This document shows positions 19,764 to 28,030 of a stretch of DNA of 56,191 nt, one piece after another; the stretch's first letter is position 1, and every line of letters begins with the position of its first letter. The notes under the pieces were generated by a model. It did no database searches and was not told the DNA's origin. It saw only the letters and a list, made by a program, of their open reading frames with translations. A program made the position numbers and the translations under genes. Source of the stretch: an uncultured Desulfobacterales bacterium (GTDB lineage Bacteria > Desulfobacterota > Dissulfuribacteria > Dissulfuribacterales > JAMONC01); contig CAZODM010000004.1 of the NCBI GenBank assembly GCA_964578585.1, positions 1-56,191 on the forward strand, written 5' to 3'.

Positions 19764-21080
19764 TTGGGGAGGGATGTTATGTTTAATACCTATAAGATAA
19801 AAAGATGGAGTATTTTTATAGTTTTGTTTTTGGTTGCTGTTTTCTGGAATGTTCAATTTGCTAGCGCAGGTATAGTAGAAGATTTTTCTAATGCCTTAAA
19901 AAGTGGAAAACCAACATTAGAGTTGAGACTTGCCTATGAATATGTAAATAACAATGAACTTTCTTATCCGAATAAACATCCAGGTAATGAAATAAGTCTT
20001 AGAACAAGGGTTGGATATAGAACTGGCGAGTTTTTAAAGACTACAGCATATATTCAGCTTCAAAATGTTACTAATTTAATGGAACAGTTTAGTTTTAAAA
20101 AGGGCTATCCTGCCAAATTAGAAGGTGATACGGCTCAAGATTTTATTGGTGATCCTGATGGTAGCCGTGTTCAACAGGCATATTTAGATTTTCATTTTAT
20201 TCCTCAGACACTCATTCGTCTAGGTCGTCAAGAAATTACACTTGATGATCATAGACTTATTGGAAATGTAAATTGGCGTCAAAATGGTCAGTCTTTTGAT
20301 GCCTTAACAATTATAAATCATTCTGTACCAAATCTTACACTTTTTGCAAGCTACATAAATCAAGTAAATACAATATTTTTAGGACATATGGACTTAGATG
20401 CATTTTATCTCTTCCACGCTACTTATACAGGGATTAAGGGACAAAGTATTAGCGCATTTGTGTATCTTTTAGATACAGAAGATGATACTCCAAGCGCAAG
20501 AGATTGTAGTACTTATGGGGTAAGAGCAAATGGTAATGTGCCAATATTAAAGTCCTTTGCACTTAAATATGCAGTTGACTATGCACATCAAGGGGATTTT
20601 CAAGATGGAGAAGACCACAATGCAAATATGTTTAATATGTTTTTAGGTGCAAAAGTCAATGTATTTAATATAGGCGCAGGCTTTAGTTACATATCTGGAC
20701 AAGATGGCAAGGATCGTCCTTTTGATACTCTATTTAGCACAGCACACAAGTTTAATGGCTGGGCAGATGAGTTTTTAGCAACAAATGGTGGCAAATTGAC
20801 CCCAGGACTTGAAGACTACTATGTACAGGCAGGTGTTCAAGCTATAGGAATAAAGTTTTTAGCTGTTTATCACTATTTTGATACTACAGATGAGAAGAAT
20901 CAATTTGATGGTACATATGGAGATGAGATAGATCTTCTTGCTGCAAGAAAGCTCACCAAAAATCTAAGTACTTTATTAAAGTTTGCTTATTACAATCGTA
21001 AAGACAATGAATCTAGTGGGTATTTAAATCCAACTACAGATAAGACAGTTGTTTGGGCAAGACTTATCTATAAATTTTAA
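19764..21080 (+). CDS. Alginate-export-family outer-membrane porin
   Basis: Signal peptide, RLGRQEITLDDHRLIGNVNWRQNGQSFDA, TAHKFNGWADEF, C-terminal YKF. Likely start is the ATG at about 19779. Confidence 0.82.
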   Translation: MGRDVMFNTYKIKRWSIFIVLFLVAVFWNVQFASAGIVEDFSNALKSGKPTLELRLAYEYVNNNELSYPNKHPGNEISLRTRVGYRTGEFLKTTAYIQLQNVTNLMEQFSFKKGYPAKLEGDTAQDFIGDPDGSRVQQAYLDFHFIPQTLIRLGRQEITLDDHRLIGNVNWRQNGQSFDALTIINHSVPNLTLFASYINQVNTIFLGHMDLDAFYLFHATYTGIKGQSISAFVYLLDTEDDTPSARDCSTYGVRANGNVPILKSFALKYAVDYAHQGDFQDGEDHNANMFNMFLGAKVNVFNIGAGFSYISGQDGKDRPFDTLFSTAHKFNGWADEFLATNGGKLTPGLEDYYVQAGVQAIGIKFLAVYHYFDTTDEKNQFDGTYGDEIDLLAARKLTKNLSTLLKFAYYNRKDNESSGYLNPTTDKTVVWARLIYKF

Positions 21081-21103
21081 GCCTTTTTAATAAGGAGGAG
21101 GTT

Positions 21104-21541
21104 GTGAAAAGAATAATATTATCTCTAGTTGTCTTGCTCTTTATGGTGTCAATTATTGGGGCGTGTGCATTTAGATGTCCATGTGGTTGTTTTAGAGCTA
21201 AGGATTCTAATACTAATACAAATAGACAAATAGCACTCAACAAAGATCCTAAGCCTAAAACACTACGCAAACATCCTAAGCTATCTTCTCAACAAAAACT
21301 TATTGCATGTGCTACATGCCATAAAGAGGTTACACCAAAGATATATAAGCAGTGGTACAACTCAGGCCATGGACTAGATAATGTCAAATGTTTTCAGTGC
21401 CATGGTACATATGAGAATTTTAGGGCTATCCCAGACCCAAGTACATGTGCAGCCTGCCATGCAAAAGAATATAAGAAGAGTGTAACTGGTAAAACATGCT
21501 GGCAGTGTCATCCTGCACATAGGTTTACTGTCCATAAGTAG
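21104..21541 (+). CDS. napM: Small tetraheme cytochrome c, NapM-like
   Basis: Signal/lipobox IGAC; four CxxCH (CATCH, CFQCH, CAACH, CWQCH); directly upstream of napA. Confidence 0.75.
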   Translation: MKRIILSLVVLLFMVSIIGACAFRCPCGCFRAKDSNTNTNRQIALNKDPKPKTLRKHPKLSSQQKLIACATCHKEVTPKIYKQWYNSGHGLDNVKCFQCHGTYENFRAIPDPSTCAACHAKEYKKSVTGKTCWQCHPAHRFTVHK

Positions 21542-21556
21542 CTTAGGAGGTTAAGC

Positions 21557-23980
21557 ATGGGAATTACTAGACGTGAATTTATAAAAAGGGCAGCAGCTTT
21601 AACTGCTGCTTCATATATAGGTATGAACCTACCTGATGGTTTTGAAGATATAGCCCATGCAACAGATGTTGATAAGTGGGTACGCGGTTCTTGTCGTTTT
21701 TGTGGTGTTGGTTGCAGGGTAGAGTTAGGTGTTAAAAATGGAAGGGCGGTTGCTATAAGAGGAGTTTCTGATTCTAGAACTAATATGGGTTTTTTGTGTA
21801 TGAAAGGGATGCTTTTTTATAAGTTAATGTCTCACCCTGAGCGTCTAAAGAAACCCCTTTATAGAGCAAACAAAAACCAGCCCTTTAAAGAGATATCTTG
21901 GGATCAAGCGCTTGATATTGCTGCTAAAGAATTTGCTAAGGCTGTTAAGAGTTATGGTAGTAACTCTGTTGCATATTATGGTTCAGGTCAAGCCCTAACT
22001 GAAGAGACATATATATTCCAAAAGGTGATGAGGGCTGGCCTTAAAACAAATAATGTAGAGGGTAATCCAAGACTATGTATGGCAAGTGCTGTTGGTGGTT
22101 ATGTGACATCTTTTGGTGCTGATGAACCAATAGGTGCATATCGAGACATAGAAAAATGTAACTGTTTCTTTATTATTGGGAGTAATATGGCAGAAGCCCA
22201 CCCTGTACTATTTAGAAGGGTGATGAGACGTAAATTAAATAATCCAGACACAGTTAAAGTAATAAATGCTGATCCTCGGGTGTCTCCTACATCAAGAATT
22301 GCAGATATACATCTTAAGTTTGAACCTGGTACAGATCTAGCCCTTTTAAATGCAATGGCTTATGTAATTCTTGATGAAAAGTTATATAATGAGGATTTTA
22401 TAAAAAACTATGCTACGTTTCGTGTTGGTAAAAAGGTTGAGGTAAGCTTTGAAAAATATAAGGAATTTATTTCTAAATATAGTCCAGAAAAGGCTGCTAG
22501 GATATGTGGTGGCAATATTACTGCTGAAAACATAAGGAAAGTTGCCCGTTGGTTTGCCAATTCCATGGCTACAATGAGTATGTGGACAATGGGCATAAAC
22601 CAGCGTAAGAGAGGTGTATGGGCAAATAACCTTATTCATAATCTACATATCCTTACAGGACAGCTTTGTAAGCCAGGGGCAGATAGCTTTTCCTTAACAG
22701 GACAGCCTAATGCCTGTGGTGGGGTTAGAGAAGGTGGAGGGCTTTGTCATATATTACCAGCTCATAGGCTTGTTAAAAATGATAAGGAGCGTCACGAAGT
22801 AGAAGAACTCTGGGGAGTACCTAAAGGAAGAATTCCTGCCAAACCTGGCTATCACACAATTGCCATGTTTAAGGCAGTAAATGAGGGCAAGATAAAGGCC
22901 ATTTGGATAAATTGTACTAGTCCTGCTCAAAGCCTTCCAAACTGTGATCCTTATAGAAGAGGAATGCTAAGGGATGATGTCTTTATGGTTGTTACAGACA
23001 TCTTTCCTACAAAGACTACAGAGCTTGCCAATCTAATATTGCCAACAGCATTTCATTTTGAAAAAACAGGTGTCTTTGGCTGCACTGAACGTAGATCCCA
23101 ACTTACTACAAAGGCGGTTGATCCACCTGGTGAAGCCAAGCCAGAGGTATGGATTGTACGTGAATGGGCACTTAGATTAGCAAAAGAATTAAATGATCCT
23201 GTAATAAAGAAATGTGTAGAGCCATTTTTAGGAAAAGAGGAAGGCTATGAGCTTTCTAAAGCAATATGGGAAGAATATACACAAAAACTTACTAAAAATA
23301 GAGATAATGATCTAAGTGGTGCTACTTATGATGTACTTAAGAAGTTACCTGATGGAGTGCAATGGCCAGCTCCAACAAAAGAATTTGCTTTAAAAGGTGG
23401 TACATATAAAAAGTTTGTAAGAGGGATAGATCCTCTAGCAGATAAATATGCTATAAACGATTTGCCATACCAGTTTTATGGTGAAGCCCATCATGATAAA
23501 AAATTATGGATATGGCTTAGACCATATAAGGGTCCTGCAGAACCACCTGATGAACAATATCCATTTTACTTATCAACAGGAAGGGTTATTGATCACTGGC
23601 ATACAAGCAGTATGACCGGAAGAATCTTAGAACTTATGAGGGCTAACCCTTATGCATTTGTAGAGATAAATCCCAAAGACGCAAAGAAATTGGGAATAAG
23701 CCCTGGAGATATGGTTTTAGTTGAATCCAGACGAGGCAAGAATTTACTTCCTGCCAAGATATATGAGGGGCCAATAGAAGGTATGGTGTTTGTCTATTGG
23801 CATGATATGTTTGAAGACAGGATGATAAACAAGGTTACAAAGGATGCCTATGATCCTGGTTCAAAAGAGCCAGAGTTTAAGATTTGTGCTTGTAGAATAA
23901 GGCGTGTATCTGGTCCCAAACCTTTAACCCCCTACATCGTACGGAAGAATTGGCCAAGTGATTGGCATCCTTCTTCCTAG
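21557..23980 (+). CDS. napA: Periplasmic nitrate reductase catalytic subunit
   Basis: Tat signal TRREFIK; CRFCGVGC...CMKG [4Fe-4S]; NPRLCMASA (Mo ligand Cys); SLTGQPNACG; TGRVIDHWH; SKEPEFK. Confidence 0.96.
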   Translation: MGITRREFIKRAAALTAASYIGMNLPDGFEDIAHATDVDKWVRGSCRFCGVGCRVELGVKNGRAVAIRGVSDSRTNMGFLCMKGMLFYKLMSHPERLKKPLYRANKNQPFKEISWDQALDIAAKEFAKAVKSYGSNSVAYYGSGQALTEETYIFQKVMRAGLKTNNVEGNPRLCMASAVGGYVTSFGADEPIGAYRDIEKCNCFFIIGSNMAEAHPVLFRRVMRRKLNNPDTVKVINADPRVSPTSRIADIHLKFEPGTDLALLNAMAYVILDEKLYNEDFIKNYATFRVGKKVEVSFEKYKEFISKYSPEKAARICGGNITAENIRKVARWFANSMATMSMWTMGINQRKRGVWANNLIHNLHILTGQLCKPGADSFSLTGQPNACGGVREGGGLCHILPAHRLVKNDKERHEVEELWGVPKGRIPAKPGYHTIAMFKAVNEGKIKAIWINCTSPAQSLPNCDPYRRGMLRDDVFMVVTDIFPTKTTELANLILPTAFHFEKTGVFGCTERRSQLTTKAVDPPGEAKPEVWIVREWALRLAKELNDPVIKKCVEPFLGKEEGYELSKAIWEEYTQKLTKNRDNDLSGATYDVLKKLPDGVQWPAPTKEFALKGGTYKKFVRGIDPLADKYAINDLPYQFYGEAHHDKKLWIWLRPYKGPAEPPDEQYPFYLSTGRVIDHWHTSSMTGRILELMRANPYAFVEINPKDAKKLGISPGDMVLVESRRGKNLLPAKIYEGPIEGMVFVYWHDMFEDRMINKVTKDAYDPGSKEPEFKICACRIRRVSGPKPLTPYIVRKNWPSDWHPSS

Positions 23981-23996
23981 TTAGGTTATACACTTT

Positions 23997-24022
23997 GGGG
24001 ATGGGGATTCCCATCCCCTTTT
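23997..24022 (+). other. GC-rich intercistronic stem-loop after napA
   Basis: GGGGATGGG-GATT-CCCATCCCC followed by TTTT. Confidence 0.7.
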
Positions 24023-24040
24023 AAATTATGGAGGCTATTT

Positions 24041-24340
24041 ATGCCTATAGGTGGTTTTGTTGTAATGGTAGATCCAAAAGAACAAGATTTAGTAGTTAAA
24101 AAGCTTAAGCACAAAGATTTTGTTGAAGTATATGGTTCAGATAAAAAAGGAAACATTGTCATTGTAATAGATACACATAGTTCAGATGAAATGGAAGATA
24201 TAGTAAAAGAGATCTCTCTTATAAGTGGGGTATTATCTGTTGGTCTAACATATTTACATGCCGAAGATGAAGTAGAGAGGATTGAAAAAGGTGAATACAT
24301 CCCAAAAATCAAAGGAAGACAAAGAGGATTCTTACACTAG
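24041..24340 (+). CDS. napD: NapA chaperone NapD
   Basis: 99 aa, MPIGGFVV...GNIVIVID...ISGVLSVGLTY, directly after napA. Confidence 0.88.
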   Translation: MPIGGFVVMVDPKEQDLVVKKLKHKDFVEVYGSDKKGNIVIVIDTHSSDEMEDIVKEISLISGVLSVGLTYLHAEDEVERIEKGEYIPKIKGRQRGFLH

Positions 24341-24920
24341 GAGAGATTTTTTACTAACGGCTTCTATAGGAGGATTTTCTCTTTTAAACACCTTTAAAAG
24401 TGGTGATATTAGATCTCACTCTCCAGTGAAGACAAATGTATTAAGACCTCCTGGAGCAGTTTGTGAAGATATTTTTTTAAGTAAATGTATTCGTTGTGGA
24501 AGATGTGTAGAGGTTTGTCCTTATAGAGCAATAAAACCTTTAGATATTCGTTATGGTGTATATGCAGGCAGTCCCCTTATACATGTGTTAGATATCCCGT
24601 GTTATCTATGTATGAAGTGTGTCCATATATGTCCTACTGGTACTCTTAGACCTGTTGCTATGAAAGATGTAAGGATGGGACTTGCTGTAATAGATAAACA
24701 CACATGCATTACTTGGAAAGGAGAGGCACTTTGTAGGACATGCTATAATGTATGCCCTTTTAAGGAAAAAGCAATCCATTTAGATGAGTTACGTCCTGTT
24801 GTAGACGAAAGATACTGTACTGGTTGTGGTATATGTGCACATGGTTGTCCTGTTACAAATAAGGAAGGCTTAAAAGGTATAAATATAAGACCTATTTACG
24901 CATTTAAGTCCCAAAGATGA
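24282..24920 (+). CDS. napG: Ferredoxin-type protein NapG
   Basis: Tat-like TRRDFLL, LRPPGA, four Fe-S Cys clusters. Exact start uncertain because it overlaps napD. Confidence 0.88.
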   Translation: MKKVNTSQKSKEDKEDSYTRRDFLLTASIGGFSLLNTFKSGDIRSHSPVKTNVLRPPGAVCEDIFLSKCIRCGRCVEVCPYRAIKPLDIRYGVYAGSPLIHVLDIPCYLCMKCVHICPTGTLRPVAMKDVRMGLAVIDKHTCITWKGEALCRTCYNVCPFKEKAIHLDELRPVVDERYCTGCGICAHGCPVTNKEGLKGINIRPIYAFKSQR

Positions 24921-25804
24921 AAAATAAAAAAAGAAATAAAAGTTATAAATGGAGTAATAGGCGATTCTTAATACAATTTGGAGCCTTCTTGTTGATACTT
25001 ATAGCTCCATTTTTAAACTACTATCTTCGTATAAATTTTGTTCAAGGTTGGTATCAATCTATAAGTATAGGAAGACTTTGGTTTGTATCTCCACTTGAGG
25101 GACTTGAAAGTATCCTTACTTCTAAACTTATATATCTACCACTCCTAATAGGTATGGCACTGCCTATCTTACTTGCTCTTTTGTTAGGAAGAGTCTTTTG
25201 TGCATGGATATGTCCTATAAGCTTTTTAAGCGAACTTATTGATAGATTAATTAGAATCTTTTCTAAAAAAAGATATAGAAAAGACTTAATTAAGCTTCCT
25301 AAAAGGCTATTTTGGTTTTCTCTTATTATTGAAATAACATTAGCTATGATACTTGGTACTCCAATATTTGTCTTTTTATCTCCACCAGGATTAGTTGGAA
25401 GAGAGATTATGATGGCGGTATTCTTTCATACCTTTGTATTAGAGGGTATTGTTGTATTTATAGTGCTCGGACTTCATATGCTAACTAGGCGTTTTTTCTG
25501 TCGTTATTTATGCCCTCTTGGAGCATTACTTGGAATAATAGGAGCAAAAAGAAGGCTTGTAGTAATACATAATCCATCTATTTGTAATAGATGTGGAATG
25601 TGTAAAAATGCCTGTCCACTTGATCTTAACCCCACAAAGGGTGATAGTTTATCGGCTTATTGTTGGAATTGCGGGGAGTGCATAGATGTTTGTAAAAAAA
25701 GGGCATTAGATTTTTATTGGGCAGAGCTAAGGGTTAAACCGTTATGTAATACTAATCTCCATCAGGTTCAAAACGATACCCAACCCCTGGATGAGTCAAG
25801 ATGA
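24917..25804 (+). CDS. napH: Quinol dehydrogenase membrane subunit NapH
   Basis: TM helices, GRVFCAWICP, FCRYLCPLG, two C-terminal CxxCxxCxxxC clusters. Confidence 0.9.
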   Translation: MKNKKRNKSYKWSNRRFLIQFGAFLLILIAPFLNYYLRINFVQGWYQSISIGRLWFVSPLEGLESILTSKLIYLPLLIGMALPILLALLLGRVFCAWICPISFLSELIDRLIRIFSKKRYRKDLIKLPKRLFWFSLIIEITLAMILGTPIFVFLSPPGLVGREIMMAVFFHTFVLEGIVVFIVLGLHMLTRRFFCRYLCPLGALLGIIGAKRRLVVIHNPSICNRCGMCKNACPLDLNPTKGDSLSAYCWNCGECIDVCKKRALDFYWAELRVKPLCNTNLHQVQNDTQPLDESR

Positions 25805-26441
25805 ATCTAGGGTTTTCTGGATCGGGTTCAATCTTTTTTCTAAGCCTTCTTATATGAACATCTAAAGCCCTACTCCAAGAGTAGACTTCTTTGTTAGGCC
25901 AAAGCTGGCCACATAAAAAATCTCTTGAAAGGACTTTTCCTTGATTAGATGCCATGAGATCAAGAAGGTCATACTCCTTTTTGGTAAGTTTAATAGGCTT
26001 ATCATTTAGAAATACTTGTCTCTTGGCATGATCTATTTTAATAGCCCCATAGGAGATCTTTTTATCTTCTCCCATAGAACTTCTTCTTAAGCAGGCTTTA
26101 ATACGTGCTTCAAGTTCTAGATATTCAAAAGGTTTTATTACATAGTCATCTGCTCCTACCTCAAGCCCTCTTATCCTGTCTTGAAGAGCATCTCTAGCTG
26201 TAAGCATGATTATTGGTACATTAGATTTTTTTCTGATTTGTTGGCAGACAATTATGCCGTCTATATCTGGTAACATCAAATCAAGTAAGATGAGGTCTGG
26301 GGCAAAAGTTTCAAAGAGTTTTAATGCGTTTTTCCCTGTAGTTGCCCCCTCTACTTCATAACCATCTAGTTTGAGTTGTTCTTTTAAAATCGTAAGGATA
26401 TCTTGATCATCTTCAACTATTAGTATTTTTCTTTGATTCAC
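25752..26441 (-). CDS. OmpR/PhoB family DNA-binding response regulator
   Basis: REC (VEDD, LDLMLPDIDG, GADDYVIKPF) plus wHTH (DVHIRRLRKKIE, GVGYRF). Confidence 0.93.
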   Translation of the reverse strand: MNQRKILIVEDDQDILTILKEQLKLDGYEVEGATTGKNALKLFETFAPDLILLDLMLPDIDGIIVCQQIRKKSNVPIIMLTARDALQDRIRGLEVGADDYVIKPFEYLELEARIKACLRRSSMGEDKKISYGAIKIDHAKRQVFLNDKPIKLTKKEYDLLDLMASNQGKVLSRDFLCGQLWPNKEVYSWSRALDVHIRRLRKKIEPDPENPRFILTHPGVGYRFEPDGD

Positions 26442-28011
26442 TAAATACCTCCTGTTTGTTTTTATTAATAAGAGGTATGGTTATGTTAAATGCTGTTCCC
26501 TTATGGGTTGGCTGAGAGATCCAAACTCGTCCTCCATGGGCTTCAATTATTGCTTTTACAATAGCAAGTCCTAAGCCAATACCCTCACTTGCCTTTTCCC
26601 CTGCACGTCTAAAAAATTTCATAAATACTTTATCCCATTCTTCTTTAGGTATCCCTGGGCCATAATCTTCTACAGTAATTTGAGCAAAATTTTTATTGGA
26701 ACTAAGTTTTACTTCTACACTTTTGTTTTTAGGAGAAAACCTTATAGCATTTGATAATAGGTTTGAAATAGCCTGTTCAATACGGTTTCTATCTATCATG
26801 GCAATCAATGGTTGTTCTGGAGGGCTATATTCTAACTTTACCTTTTTATCCCATGAAATAGGCATAACCATAAGCACTGCGTCTTCTATTACCTCAGAAA
26901 TATCTGCTTCCTCAAGATTTAATTCTAGTTTGCCAGCTTCTATTTTGGCACAGTCAAGTAGATTCCCAACCATTGTGGATAATTTTTCTATATTCCTCTG
27001 TTGTATCTCTAGATAAGACTTAATATCTGGATTATTTCCATATTTTTTATACATTAGTTCTGTAGCCCCTTTTATGGCTGTTATAGGGGTTTTTAGGTCA
27101 TGTGTGACATTTGAAAAAAAGTCTGATTTATATCTTTCAACTTGTTTTAATTCGTCATAGGCCTTTGAGAGTTCCTTTACAGCCTTTTCAACTTCGTGTT
27201 TTAAGATCCTTTGTTGGTTTGCTAAAGAGCTTATCATACGATTAAAGCTATGAGCGACCTTTTCCCATTCTTTACTTGCTTTTAGTTCGACTTTTACATC
27301 TAGGTTCCCTTGTTCAATTTGATCTGAGGCATCTTTTAGATGATTTAATGGAGCAATAACAAATCGTCTTAACATTAAATATAGCAAAGAAAGCATGAAC
27401 AAAAATATAGCTAACAAATAGAATGAAAAGGTGCGTCTTGTCTCAGAGATTGTCTGATATATAGAGTCTGCAGGGAAAGAGATACTTATACATCCTAATA
27501 CCTCTTTGTTTAGATATAACTTTTTAGCATGGCAGTTTATACACTCATTTTCAAAAATGAGTGGTGCAGCATACTTAAATAATATATGTCCCTTAATTTT
27601 TATAAGTTGACAGTAAGATGTTGCTTTTTTTGCCTCAAATAGATTAATAGCCTTTTGTTCAAATTTAGATGGAGAGTGGTCAGGATTTATTGCATTGTTG
27701 ACAGCAATTTTTACTCGGTATGGCATTTTTTTAGCAGCAAATCTTGCTATTTTTTTAGTAAAGGCAGAAGGGGTGATCTTTTCATAGTCTCCGTCTTTTG
27801 TTTTTATATACAATCCTCCAACACTTGATATCCACTGCCGTGTTAAAACAATATAGTGATATATACCTAGAGCTTGGTGTTTAAGCTGAGCAATTAAAAT
27901 ATAATTTTGTTGCTTATCAAGCCAATAAAAAAATATTGACCAAAGGATGCCAAAGATTACTAATAGCCATAAAATGATCTTTTTACCTAAAGAAGAAGGT
28001 AATAGCTTCAT
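26413..28011 (-). CDS. Sensor histidine kinase with periplasmic c-type heme-binding domain (DUF3365/Tll0287-like) and HAMP
   Basis: Two TM helices flanking a domain containing CINCH; HAMP; THDLKTP; NLLSNA; DYGPGI; GIGLGL. Confidence 0.9.
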   Translation of the reverse strand: MKLLPSSLGKKIILWLLVIFGILWSIFFYWLDKQQNYILIAQLKHQALGIYHYIVLTRQWISSVGGLYIKTKDGDYEKITPSAFTKKIARFAAKKMPYRVKIAVNNAINPDHSPSKFEQKAINLFEAKKATSYCQLIKIKGHILFKYAAPLIFENECINCHAKKLYLNKEVLGCISISFPADSIYQTISETRRTFSFYLLAIFLFMLSLLYLMLRRFVIAPLNHLKDASDQIEQGNLDVKVELKASKEWEKVAHSFNRMISSLANQQRILKHEVEKAVKELSKAYDELKQVERYKSDFFSNVTHDLKTPITAIKGATELMYKKYGNNPDIKSYLEIQQRNIEKLSTMVGNLLDCAKIEAGKLELNLEEADISEVIEDAVLMVMPISWDKKVKLEYSPPEQPLIAMIDRNRIEQAISNLLSNAIRFSPKNKSVEVKLSSNKNFAQITVEDYGPGIPKEEWDKVFMKFFRRAGEKASEGIGLGLAIVKAIIEAHGGRVWISQPTHKGTAFNITIPLINKNKQEVFSESKKNTNS

Positions 28012-28030
28012 TTTTCATTACCAAATTTTT

